From Rhizaria sp. SCN 62-66 (lineage: Eukaryota): DNA of 64,000 nt. Positions 1-12,696 of this stretch are shown one piece after another. Position numbers and translations under genes: made by a program. The notes under the pieces were generated by a model, which saw only the letters and a list, made by a program, of their open reading frames with translations, was not told where the DNA came from and made no database searches. The DNA lies in contig MEDY01000073.1 in the NCBI GenBank assembly GCA_001724265.1, positions 62,001 through 126,000 of the forward strand. Reading direction: 5' to 3'. Numbering within the stretch: the stretch's first letter is position 1; each line of letters starts with the position of its first letter.

Positions 1-3000
1 CCCAGTCTGCCTCCGTGTCGTCGTCAGCGGCCGACGTTGACGCCGCCGTGGCTGCCGAGTCGGCCGCCCTGACGGCCGCGCAGTCGCAGGCGCGCGCGCA
101 GAGCATCTTTTCCCCGCGCGACCGCTTTGCGCTGCGCGGTTACCTGTCAGAGGCCACGCGCGCGCTCTCAGCAGACCTGACACAGTGCAGCGAGCTGCTG
201 GACACGGCAGACACGCTCGTCACGCTTGCGCAACAGCGGCGCCGCCTGCACGCACAGCAGCGCCGGCTCTTCCGCGAGTCGTGCCGCAGTGCAGGGCTCG
301 CGCGCGCGCTGCGGGCCACGGCGCGCGCGCGGCGCAGGGAAGAGCGCGCGCGCCGTCATGATCTGCGCGAGCGCACGGCCTGGTTTGGCGCCGACGGGAG
401 CGGCGGCGTCGTTGCGGCTGGCGCGGACACCGCCGCAGAGGCCGAGGCTGACGAGCGGGCCGCAGCGGAGGATGACGCCGAGTCGGACGCGGACGCTGAG
501 GACGCGGCTGCCGACGCCGAGGCCGACGCCGCTGCAGGGACTGTGGGCGTTGGCGCCGATGCAGACGCTGATGACGAGGACGAGGCGGAGCTGGAGGAGG
601 CCAAGGCCGAGGACGCGGTATTTGCGCTCGTGATGAAGGCCAAGGGCGAGCACGCCCGCGCTGTTGCAGTCGTCGCCGAGGGCGCGCGCATGCAGACCGC
701 GCTTGAGACCACGCTTAGATTCCGCAAGGATGCTTCAAGTTCTCCGCCGCACGACGGCGAGGGCGGCTCCACCGCGCGCACCGCCGTAAACACGGATGCT
801 GACGCTGATACTGAAGGTGTGGGCAGTCGCGAGTGTCTCCTGCCGCAGTCGCTGCGGCCGCCGCGCGTGCTGCAGCAAACCAAAGCTGCTGTAGGCGCCG
901 TGGTGCCCCTGCTGGCGTGGCTGCGTGCCACCGTCGCGGTGCTCAAGAGGAACAAGAAGACTGACGACGCCGACCCCAATTGTGTGAACGCCAGCGCGAC
1001 CCCCCCCAGTCCTGGCAGAAGTCGCGGTTCGCCTCGCGACAACGACGAAGATGCCGATGGCAGCTACGATGGCGGTGGCGGAGACGACGACGCTGACGAC
1101 TCCGGTGGTTTTGTGCGCATATCGCCGCGCGGTGACGTGAGCCTTGCGCCGTACGGCACGGGTGTGGATGCGGTGCGCGGCATCAGCCTGAGTCAAAGCC
1201 GCGTCGCACCTACGCCGCCGCGCGGGTCCCCCGGTGTGTCGCCGCCGCGGCCGCGCGCGCAGTCGCGGCTCTATCCGCGGTCTCCACCGGTGTCTTACGG
1301 GCGCCTGGCTGAGACTGAGGCCGAGGAGACTGCAGCAGCTGAGGCAGCTGCCGCAGCGGAGGCTGCCGACGTCGCTGCTGCAGCTGATACGGCTGAGTAC
1401 CTCCTGTTGCTGTCACAGGAGCAGGCTTCTTCGACGCCCTGCCGCAAGCCGCCGCAGACAGCGCCCGGCTATATGCGGGGCAATCCGAGTCGCCTGAGCG
1501 CTCGTGGCGCCAACAGCGGTGAGATCTCTGAGTTATCGGAACAGTTCCAGCAGTATCAGCAGAGCCCACAGCACGGCAAAACAACGTACGTCAATGCATA
1601 ACGCAGAAATGAAATCCCATGTTGCCTTAAGTGCCAATCAACTCGTTCACTCACAAAACCGTATATTTGTTATTTTTTATTTTGATTTGTCATGTTTTGA
1701 TCTGTCTTGTTTAGACCGCTTGTCAAATTGCCGCCCGGTCGTGTGAGCCTCAGCGCTTCGCGCCGGCCCCCTGCAGCAACGTTTGCCGCCACTGCTTCAG
1801 CGTCATCCACGGCCGCGGGCACCCCGCTGTCGCGCGCCCGCGCCCGCACCATGCCTTCCGGTCAGGATCTTTCGGGCGTTGCCGACAACGGTGCCCGTCG
1901 GAGGCACGCTGGGGACGTGCCCCCGCCGCCGCTGCCGCAGCCGCGCGCGCCCTCGTCCGTGTCACGCACGCAGCACAACGTTCAGCGGCGCGGGGGCAGC
2001 GCTACAGACGGCGATCTCAAAGGTACGGATGGACACATATTTATTTCCGAGACGTGAAACGCGCATCGATCGAGAATGCGCATCACATCTGCAAATGTGG
2101 AAACTTGTCGACCTAACATGTCTTCTGCTCTATCATTTCTTGTTTAGGTCTTGTCGCAGTGGACTACGCAAACATGCACCGCTCCCTCTCCCGCACCTCG
2201 CCGCTCCCAGCGCCCAAGCCGATTGTCGGCTCTGCCCCCCAGCACGGCGCGCGCGGCGGCGCCCCCGGCTTTCGACGCACGGTAAGCTTTGCACCGGCCC
2301 GCATGGATGCCGGCGCTAAAAGCAGTGACAATGGCGGTGGGAACGAACTCGGACACGCGCGCTACGGCCGCCGTCCCGCGCCGCCCGCGCAGAGCCCAGC
2401 GGCTGCGGCGGCCGCGGCGGGGCGTGGCGCGAGCCCCGACCGCGCGCGCAAGCCGCACTCGATCTCGGCCGCGCTCTCGCGCCTACAGCAGCAGCAGAAG
2501 CAGCTGTAGGTGCGCAGCAGCGCCGCCTCATCGCACAACTAGGGTTAGCGCTCGAATGCGCCGTCGAGTTCTGTGTTACTCGAGTAGCTACGTCAAGAGC
2601 AGCAGCAGGAGCATGAGCGCAAGCAATCTCAATATCGGCAGTCGCACATGCCTCGTGGACAGCGCGACTCACCTGAGAATGACTTTCGCGGACTCGGCGT
2701 TGCCGCTGTCAACGACTACATCCTGACTGAGGCTAGTGATCCTGCTTTCGCAGACAATTCCAATCGCGACGACAACACTGGTGTGTTCTCCCCTGCGACT
2801 GCATTTGCGAGTGCGCACAGCCCCAAATCTCCGCCTCCGCGGAGTCCGTTTGCCTTTGCCGCTGCTACGTCCCCCTAGGGGCGCACTCGTGGTCACACCC
2901 GCGGTCAGCAAGACCAGCGCGAAGGACTGGTGCGCCTCGTGCCGCACGGGAGCAACAGGCTGAATCACAACAACAACAATGACAGCGATGACGATGACGG

Positions 3001-3166
3001 CGACTGGGAGCTGTCGATCCCGGACGACCACACGAAGGACTGGCTCTGGAAGGACGACGTCGTTGCTGCGGAGCTCCCGCTCAAGCTCAAGACGCGCGCA
3101 GGGCTCGCACCCGACAGAGGGGCAGTTGGTGACGATGGCGAAGACAGAGGCGAGTGGAGTGAATAA
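1..3166 (+). CDS. Unknown low-complexity/coiled-coil protein, 5'-truncated; exons <1-1585, 1715-2022, 2148-3166; five in-frame TAG codons in the last exon
   Basis: ORFs 15-1601, 1707-2057, 2159-2509, 2648-2878 and 2930-3166 join into one frame using introns 1586-1714 (GTACGT..TTTAG) and 2023-2147 (GTACGG..CTAAC..TTTAG) and reading through TAG at 2507, 2540, 2546, 2585, 2876. Ends at TAA 3164 followed by AT-rich DNA. No family recognised. Confidence 0.7.
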
Positions 3167-3683
3167 TCGACGATCCCTCAGTTATATGAGACGTGATCTC
3201 AATTTCATGTAATCAATGATACGTTTATCTAGTCAGCGCTTGTTGCTATGGACAACAAGTATTTTTTTACTTAGAAATGCATTTGCTAGAGTGAAGGAGG
3301 GTCATGCCCGATTTTCCAATACATCGTGTGATTATCATACAATTTCATGTTGTGATTCAATAATAACAACGTGTTCATGTAATATATACTGATCTGTACA
3401 TCATGTGATTGGTTGTGTCGTCTCAATTCAGCGTATAGTAGTTAGATCTGGTGCTGAATTGAAGATTTGGGTGCGAAGGCGACGAGCGACTGTAGACGTC
3501 GATGGGCAGTTTGCAATCGTCCTTGCATCTGAAGCTCAAACGTCATAACCTGATCGTCAAACGCCCCATCGGGCAAGAATGCGTTGGCCACGATTGATTT
3601 GTCTATTTTCCCAAAATTACACCTTCTTTATTTGCGTGTTGTGTCTGTTATCCCCGGTTTCTCTCCTGAGCTTAGCTTGAACG

Positions 3684-5578
3684 ATGAGGGCCGCTAGTGC
3701 TGCTATCGCCATCCCAAAACGCGCCTCCACAATCGGTACGTGTGCAATCATCCCACCGTTTTCGTACAAACTACTCGTATTAATGTGTGCACCGCATCTT
3801 ACTTCGTCCATAATCCTTGTTTCATGTGTGAATCCTGTGTAGTGTTGATGGCGCCGACGGCTTCGAACCCCGACTCGCCGTTTAAGGTGCTGCTCCTCAA
3901 GCGCGCCTCCAAGGCCACCTTCATGCCCAACCTATACGTCTTCCCCGGCGGCGCCGCGGACTCTGCGGACGCGTCGGCGGCATGGGAGCGCGCGCCGCTG
4001 TCGCCGCCGGCGCATTCGTTCGCGGTGCCCGTGCTGCGCGATGCGGTGCAGCAGGAGACGGTGGGCGACCGCGTGTGCGCGCTGCGCGAGACTTTCGAGG
4101 AGACGGGCATCCTCCTCTCATCGGCCGGCTCCGCCTACGCGCGCTCTGTTGCGCTTGCGCAGCCGTTCCTCTCGCAGCACGTGCAGAGCCGCGTCGAAGA
4201 CCTCCTCGCGACCTACAACGCCGCTGCCGCCGCCGCCGAGGCCGCTGGCACGGCGCCGCCGCCGCATCCCTCGGCCGTGGCCGCCGCGGCCGCCGCGGCG
4301 GACCTGTCTCTGCCGCTGCACACGCGCGCGCAGAAGCGGGTGCTGACGTCTGGCGCGTTTTACCAGGCGATGTGCGAGGCCGCGGGGCTGGTGCCGCCCG
4401 TCGACGCCGTGCTGCCGCTCGCGCGCTGGGTCACGCCCAAGAATGAGGCCAAACGGTACGCAACATCGCGGCAGTGCAAACGGCGCGAATTCATCTGATT
4501 GCAACTTTCTCATGCGTGTTTTGTGTGCTCTATGTTTATTTTGCCTCTTTTATTTGACTGCTGTCAATGAGTCTTTCTTCTTTGTCACTCACGGGTTACT
4601 CACGCGTTGTCGTGTCTCATCTCTTGTTCTTGCGCCCGCAGTTTCGACACGTACTTTTACGCCGCGGCCCTTGCCGACCCTGTGTCGCACTTTGTCTCCG
4701 GCGCGTCGGGCTCCGCCGGCGCCTCGCCGGGCTCTTCCTCGGCAGCGCTGGCGCTCGACGAGGTCACCAGCTCGCTGTGGGCAACCCCGGGCGAGGCGCT
4801 GGACCTCTCGCGCGCGGGGCTCATCGCCTTCGCGCCACCGACGACGTACGTGCTCACGCAGCTGGCCTCGGCGCCCACTCTTGCCGCCGCCGTCGCCGCG
4901 CTCTCCGCCGCCAGCAGGGCCAGCCGCGGCCCCGGCGGCGGCGGCGCCACGACGGCCAAGCCCTTCTACCCGTACCACGCGACGCAAGTTGCCGTCAAGC
5001 CCGCGGCCGGCGAGGGCGGCGTCGCCCGGCCTGCGCCGCTGGCGCCGCTCTACACGGCCTCGCCGTGCGGCGCGCCCGCCCCTGGCGTCGCCGGCGCCAG
5101 CGCCAGCGCCGCCGCGCCCTCCACGGCCTCTGCTGCCGCGGGCGCTGCTGCTAGCGGCGCTGCTGCTGCGCCAGGGGGCGAGAGCGCGAAGCGCCCCGCG
5201 GCGCCGGTGCGGTACGTTGTGCTGCCGGGCGACCACGAGCACCCAGACTCGATCGCCGCGGCCGCTGCCACCGCGGCCCCCGCTGTCGCGCTTGCGAGTG
5301 GCTCTGGCGCGTTTGCGAGCGGCGAGATGGCGCCGTTTCTGCCGCTGCTGGCGAGCCGCACGGTGCGCACGTCCGCGACGGCGACGGCGGCTGACGATGC
5401 CCGTGCGGGCGCTGAGGGGACTGTGGGAGCGATCGGCGTGACCGGCGTGACCGGGGTGGCCGGGGTTATCATGGCGCCACTGCACCGGCTCGTGCCCGTG
5501 GGCAACGGCTGCGCATGGGAAGTCGTCGTGACGGACCCCGCCGCCGTGGCCGAGAGTTTGCTCCACGCGAAGGTCTAA
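3684..5578 (+). CDS. Nudix hydrolase, NUDT19-like (acyl-CoA diphosphatase type), 533 aa; exons 3684-3735, 3843-4455, 4642-5578
   Basis: Spliced product reads PKRASTIVL..KVLLLKRASKATFMPNLYVFPGG..ALRETFEETGILL..RWVTPKNEAKRFDTYFY..FAPPTTYVL, the motif order of NUDT19-type Nudix enzymes. Introns 3736-3842 and 4456-4641 are GT-AG, AT-rich and restore the conserved motifs in frame. Confidence 0.85.
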
Positions 5579-6513
5579 GTGTGCGTCGACGACAAACGAG
5601 TCGTTTCCGCTTCACTCGCCGCAGCGACGCAGTCGTTGAATAAGTTATTTTCATCGCTCATCCTTTGACGGATGTCGAGCTAAAATGGAACAGACATGGC
5701 TGTAATTAGTCAGAGTTTTTGTATTTTGATTAGATAGGTGTTTTATTTAAGTTATTTAGTGAATCGTTTATGTTTTGTCGATTTAGAGTGTTGTGCCTCA
5801 TGTGCTATTCGCACAAGTGCGCGATTTCCGCACTTCCCACAGGTTTCTGTTGGTTATTGTGGATGAATATGTGTAATACCGGTGTTGTTACATGCTGTGG
5901 CGATAGAAATGTACCGAACGCAGCAAGTCCTGCACCAGTCTAAAAGGTCATCACGAGACTGACGTATGGCGTGGACCATGGCGAGTGCTAGAAATATAGC
6001 AAGGATTACACAACAGTCGCAGTGATCAATAGAAGTTATAATTGTACCACATGAATTAAAACAGTCTACAATTGTCTAAATCGTGTCTATAATCTCTACG
6101 TGCATCAAGAAGCAATCAGATATCCTCGAAAATGCGTCATTGTGCCGAGAGCGGATTACCGTTTGACCGGGACTGGAGAGGGACACAATAAACCGACATA
6201 CAAGCGCACACAGAAACTGACCTGGATCACTCGGCAAGCGAGTTCTCGATAATTCAATCATCAAAGTCGTGTGCCGTGAGTATATGGCTATTAAATTTGT
6301 TGGGTGTAACTATATTTTATATTGGTGCTTTGCGAGAATATGTTTTTCTTTTGCTACACGAACTTTTCTTTCAGCTCATGAATCCCGAGCACGCACGGCA
6401 CTCTATTCCCATTGCAGCCTTCGCTCGGCCTCTGTCCTTGCGTTTTTTTGACTGTAGGCATCACCAAGTATACGCCTAATAGTATATAGTTGGGCATTCC
6501 GCCCGCATTCACC

Positions 6514-8127
6514 ATGCAGCCCGGCTCTGGCTCAGGAGCAGCGATGGGCCCGCACCTGGCCCCAATCTTCGGAAGCAACGGCATGCCTGCCTCGGCGCCT
6601 CTCCATGCGTCCTCATCGTCATCAGCGCCATCATTCTCGCTCCCCAACGCCGTGCCTGCGCCGAACCTTGACGTTGTGCGCTCGCGCGTCCCTGTGCTGC
6701 AGAGCGAGTTCGACAAGCTGATCGCGCTTACCCGCTCCGGCCGCGCTCTGACTCAGTCGCAAACTGCGCAGCTGACGGACCTCTCCGCGCGCCTCACGGC
6801 CGACTACACAGCGCTAACGTCGGCCAACTCCGCCGTAGCCGCCGCGACGGGCGCTGCGCGTGGCAACGGACAGCAGTTCGACCTTTACACGCAGCAAATC
6901 CTCACGCAGATGCAACTCAACAACACCAGCATCGCGATCGCCATGTCGCCCGCCATTCCCGCCTCCGCCGCAGCCGGTTCCAATGCCGCTGCGTCAAGCC
7001 CGCAGGCGGCCACCGGTGGCTTTTCGCTTACTGTGTCCGCGCCCGGTGCAAACCCGTCTCTCGGCAACGGCGCCAACGGCAGTTCGGGCTACGGCTACGG
7101 CAACGGTACCGGTACCAGCACGCCTGCCGGTGGTGCGAAACTCACGACACTCACGACCGCTGCGAGCGCGGGCGCGGGCGGACCCACGATGGCCGCGAAG
7201 CTGGGGCTGGCCAACGTCATCGTGCCTCCCAGTGCCAGCGCGCCGGACGCCACGCTGACCCACACCCACGCCCACGCCCAAGGTTCTGGCGGCGCCCCGC
7301 TGCAGACGGTGGGGTTCACACCCAGCGCGGGGGGCTTCGGCTACGCAGGCGGCGCCACGCCTACGGTCATGTCGCCGTACGCCGCGGCCGTGTTTGCGCC
7401 ACCGACGCAGGGCGACCCCGCGGTTTCGCCCGGCGCCGGCTCGCCCGGCACAGGTGTCGATGGCGGTGTCGGCCAGCAGCATCAGCAACAGCAGCAGCAG
7501 CTAATCGTGTCGCCCGCCGTGTACGGCCGCGCACTCGCCTCAGCCGCCGACTCGCCGCTCGCCTTCGACATCGGCGGCGCGGCGGGCGCTAACGCGGGCG
7601 CGGGCGGCGCGGCGGCCACCAGCGCGCAGCAGGCGGCGCTGCTCGCGCCTCGGCAACAGCAGCAGCAGCAGCTGCAGATGATGCAGCAACAGCAGCAGCA
7701 GTTTCTGCTTCAACAGCTCCAACAGCAGCAGCAACAGCAGCTGGGGCAATGGCCGCTGCAACCCTTGCAGTCGCTGCAGGGCATGGGGGGCGCGTTCCCC
7801 GCGGGCTACGCAGGGGGCATGAAGCCGCTGGGCAGCGCCAACACGTTCGCGCCCGGGACCCAGGGCCCCGGGATTCAGGGCCCCAGCACCTCGGACGCGG
7901 GCGCAGCGTACCCCGTCACCGTCAACGACGTCACCGCGGCCACGGCCCCCGCAGGCACCGCCACCGCCTCCGGCTCGGCCGCGATCTCGGCCGCAGGCTC
8001 GGCCCCCGTCACGGCCTCGGACGGCGCGGTATTTGCTCAGCAGCAGCAGCAGCAGTTGCTCCAGCTGCAGCAGCTGCATCAGTACCAGCAGCAGCAGCAA
8101 CAGCAGCAGCACTCGCTCCAGCAGCGC

Positions 8128-8183
<56 letters not shown>

Positions 8184-11100
8184 GCAGCAGGCCGCGGGCG
8201 CAGCAGGCATCAACAACATGATGCAGGCGCAGGTGCACGCGCAGCAGCTCGGCGTGACAATTGTCAACCTCTCCACGGGCGACGCCTCCAGCTCCGCCGC
8301 TGCCGCCGTCACCGCCAACGCCACCACCGCGTCGACGCCCGACAACCAGCAGCAGTTGCAACAGCATCAGCCACAACAGCTTATGGGGGCCAACGGGCGC
8401 TCGCGGCCCAACGCCACGGTCGCGCCAGCGGCCGCGGGCACGGCGACGATGCCGGTGACCAACTACAACAACCCGACGCACGCCGCGCTGCCGGGGACGA
8501 ACCAGAGCAAGAACAACCTCACCGTGGCCGGGCAGAACGCAGGCGCTGTCTCGCTGCACCACGGCTCGCGCGCGTCCTCGGCGCTCACGGCGGCGACGGC
8601 CACGACCACGACGGCGGCGCCTGGCGCCACCGGCGCGGGCGGCGGCCGGCTTACCTTCTCTAGCTCGGGGGACTACCTGTTCCTGAAGCGTGCGGCGCGG
8701 CTGGGCGACGCCGGCGCGGTCGCCGCGATGCTCGCCGCAGGCGCGAACCCCAACCACGTGGAGAGCTGGCTGCCGGCGCCGGCTATGACGCCCGCGGCCG
8801 CGCTGCCCACCGCCGCAGCGGGCGGCTCCAGCAGCCGCGCCGTGGCCGCCGCGATGGCCGCCGCGGCCGCCGTCACGCTTGTGGTCTCATCGGCCTCGGC
8901 GGCCAGCGGCGGACGCCACCTGGAGGGCCGCGCGAGCGGGCAGGGCGGCGCCATCGCGGAGCTGACGACCGAGATCAGCACGGCGCTCGCCGCCAACGTG
9001 CGCGCGGCCATCACCGCGGGCGCGGCCAGCGGCGTCGGCGCCGGCGCAGTGAGCGGCAAGTTCGTCTCGTCGCGCACGGCGGCGGCCGCGGCGGCCGCGG
9101 TGGCGGCGGCAGGGGGCGGCAGCGCGGGCAACACGCCCGACACGACGGCCACGCCCTCGCTCGCGACCGCTTCGCTGCAGTCGGACGCCAACAACACCAG
9201 CGGCAACTACAAGAGCGGCGTGGCGGGCATCACGGCCGGTGCGGGGCTTGGCAGCAAGTCATCGCCGTTCGCGCTTGCTCACTCGCTGGCGTCGCTGCCG
9301 CCTCGCTCGCTGGCGCCCACGAGCCCGCACTCGCTGCTGAATCTGACGCCGACGAACCCGATCTCGCCGCTGGCGCTCTTCCTGGCCGGCATGCCCATCG
9401 CGCACATGCACCACGTCGTGTTGGACCGGCTCGTCATGGCCGCAGAACTCCGCGTCGACCAGATAACCGCCTCGGCCGCGTCCTCTGTCGTCGCGCCCCC
9501 GCAGCCGGCCTCCTCGGCGGCGGCCGCCGCGGCCTCGGCGTCGGCCGTGGCGTCTGCGGCGCTGTCCACGGCCGTGACGACCGCGCCGTCGCCCACGGCG
9601 CTCGCCGCGCTGTCGGCTGCCGCCGCCACGTGCGTGCGCGGCTGCAACGCCGGCGCCGCGGGCAGCGGCTACCCGGACCCGTTTGTCTTCAGCAACCTCG
9701 GCAACAGCAGCAAGGCTGTGGGCGGCGGCCGCAACAACAACGGCGATGGCGGGCTCAGCGTCTGCAACACGCCCGCGATGGCCTCCGTCTCGCTGCTGGG
9801 CGGCGCCGGCGCAGGCGCAACCGCTGTCCCCAACACGGGCGCAACCGCTAGCGCGGGCTACCCGCGCCAGTGCAGCCTCACGGACGAGTCCTTCGCGACC
9901 ATTGGCTACCAACCCGGGCTCGCGCGCGCGCCATACCCGTCTGCCGCCGCGACCGCAGCCGCGACCGCTGCGGCCGCCACGCTCGCGGCCACCGCGGCCG
10001 CCGTCAACGCGAGCAAGCTCAACGGCGGCTCCGGCGGCAGCAGCACCGGCGGTGCGTCCCCTGCTCCGGGCACCCCCACCGCCAACGGAAGCAGCAGTAG
10101 CAGCAGCAGCGGCGGCGGGTCTGCCGGCTCCGCGACTGACCACCTGGCTGCGGCGACGGCGGCCGCGGCGACGGCGCTGCTGTCTTCGGACCCCGGCTTC
10201 GGCGACTCGCCGCTGCACTGGGCCGCGGACGGAGGCTCGCCCGAGATTGTGATGCAGCTGCTGGCCGCGCGCGCGGACCCGAGTCGGCGGCGCGCGGACG
10301 GACACACGGCGCTGCACGTGGCGGCCACCAACGGCTTCGTCGACGCGTGCCATGCGCTGATCGAGGGCAAGGCCGACGTGGACGCCGCGACGTCGCGCTC
10401 GCTCGCCACGCCGTTACTGCTCGCCGCGTCCTTCAACCGCGTCGCCGTGGTCGCGCTGCTGCTGCGCGCGGGCGCCAACCCGCTGTTGCGCTCCGCCAGC
10501 GGGCTCGACGCCTTCGGCGCCGCCGCAGTGTACCCCGCCGTGCGCACGCTGCTGCTCGCCGCGGGCGCGCGCGCGGTGCTGGCTCATGTGCTCACGGCGC
10601 GCATGCTCTGGGTGCCGCGCTCGCAGACGTGGGCCGCCGTGCACGACCGCTGCGAGGCGATCGAGGACAAACGCAAGAACCGCGCCGCGCGCCCCGACAT
10701 GCCCGGCGTGTGGGGGCTAACGACCAACCGACGCAAGGCGCCGGTGTCCGCCGACCTGGGGGTTGCAGGGGCCAACGGCGGCGGTGCGAACACGGGTGTG
10801 ATTATTGAGACTGTAGACGATGACAAGGTCGACAAATCCGATCCGAACGCAAACAGTAACAATAACGACGGCGTTCAGGGCGCATCGATGCTCGTCTCTG
10901 TTGCGGCACGCTCTGGTACAGACGGCGCCTCGCAGCCCGCCGCCGCCTCGACCTCCGCTGGTGCCGACAACGGGCTCGAGCTCGCCGGCGGCTCTGCCCC
11001 TGAGACGGCGAGCTCGAGCAACGCCGCCGACTCGGCCGCCACGTCTCCGCAGCGCAGCCCGCGCGAGGCGGGCTTTGCGCGCCTCGGCTCCGGCAACAGT

Positions 11101-12696
11101 CTCGGCGCCGGCAGCTTTGGCGCCAGCGGGGACCACGACGACGACGACGAGGGCGCGGACGAGTACGACCCCGAGTTCGCGCGCCAGTACGACGCGGCCA
11201 AGCTGAGCTCCTATGGTGCCGCCAACACGGGCGGCAACGGCAGCGGGCCTGACTCGCACAGCCCACGCCACAACGTGCGCGGGCGCCACGGGCATACGGG
11301 CAGCGCCGACGTCGCGGCCGCGCCCACCGTCACTTCCGCGCGCGGCACCGGCGGCAATGCGCCCCTCAAGAAGCTCAACGCACGGCAGCCCTCGGCGTCG
11401 GTGTCGTTCATGCCGTACGAGTCCGTGGTGTCGACGCTGCCCAGCGCTGGCACTGGCGGCGGTCCGAGCGCCGGCGAGTCGCCCGTTGTCGGCGCCGCGG
11501 CGACGGGGCTGCTCTCGTGGCGCCGGTCGGCGGCCTCTGCGGCGGCAGCGGCGGCAGCATCAGCTGCAGCAGCTGCGGCGGCCAGCAACCAAGGCGTCGC
11601 CGCGGGCGCTAATGGCGGCGGCACCGGCAGCGCCTTCGCCACAGCCGCTGTGAGCTCCTCTCTGGAGCCTGTGATGCCGGTGGACGAGATCATCACGCTG
11701 GTGCTGGAGATGATCGACGAGGGCTCGATCAAGGCGATCCCGCCGCCGGGGCCCGTGGCGGCGCCCGCGCAGGGCGCGTACGTTAAGGCTCTCACTGCGG
11801 CCACGTTGCCGGACCCCGACGCGATGGCGATGTACTACAAGCTGAAGCAGCAGCGGCAGCAGCAACAGCAACAACTTCTTCAGCAGCAACAGCAGCAGTA
11901 CCAGCAGCAGCAACTTCAGCAGCAGCAGAAACTGCAACAGCAGCAGCATCATCAGCAACAGATGCTCATGTCGCTCGCACCGCACACCAGTCTTGCCGCT
12001 GTAACCCTAATGAACAACGCGAACAATAACAACAATAATAACAATGCTGTCAACAACAACAGCGCTGCCAATAATAACAGCAGCACCGCGAACGTCAATG
12101 GCTCCATCGGTCTTGGCGTCACGCCTAACGCTGCACCGACTATCAAGGCGCCGGCGTTCTTGTCGTCACCGCAGACGCCCGTGGCAGTCGCCGTGCCTAC
12201 ACCGCCTCCCGGCGGCGCTGCGCCGCCCTCGCCCGGCGGTCTCGCTCTCGGCCTCGGCCCAGGCGCGAGCGGCGTCGGACTCGGTCTTGGCTCTGGCGCA
12301 GGCATGGGCGTTGTATCGGCGGTGCCCGCGTCGCCGATAATTAGACAGCCTCCCATATCAGTGCCCATTGTCCCCGGGGGCCCTGCACTTACTGATGGTA
12401 TGTTGACCGGCGGGCCGCTCGCCGGCAGCGCGAACATCGCCGCCAGCGGTAGCGCTGGAGCTGGCTCTGCTGTGGGTCTTGGCCTCGGGGCCGGGGGCTT
12501 GAACGCGTACGGCGCGTCTCCTTCACCACTGCTTGGGACCGGCGTCACGACCAGCCCCGCGACTGCAACCACGACCTCGTCGTCCGCGGGTGCCGTGGTC
12601 GCCGGAGGGAGCGGCAGCGGCAGTGGTCCGCAGGCAGGTCCTGCGATGGCGGGACCTGCGCTCTTTGCGTTGAACCCATCTGCCGCTCGCGTGTAA
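6514..12696 (+). CDS. Ankyrin-repeat protein with polyQ/polyA/polyN low-complexity regions, about 2060 aa
   Basis: Single long ORF. Ankyrin repeats GDSPLHWAA, GHTALHVAA, ATPLLLAA..GANP at about 10200-10560, plus a partial repeat (LKRAARLGDAGAVAAMLAAGANPN) at about 8680-8755. First ATG at 6514; the frame is open further upstream through a TAG at 6487. Confidence 0.85.
8038..8190 (+). repeat. CAG/CAA polyglutamine tract (others at about 7654-7740 and 11848-11960)
   Basis: Direct reading of (CAG/CAA)n within the ankyrin ORF. Confidence 0.95.

Noticed and set aside
11660-11720. F-box/SOCS-like motif (MPVDEIITLVLEMI) downstream of the ankyrin repeats
   Set aside because: Too short and degenerate to support a domain call.
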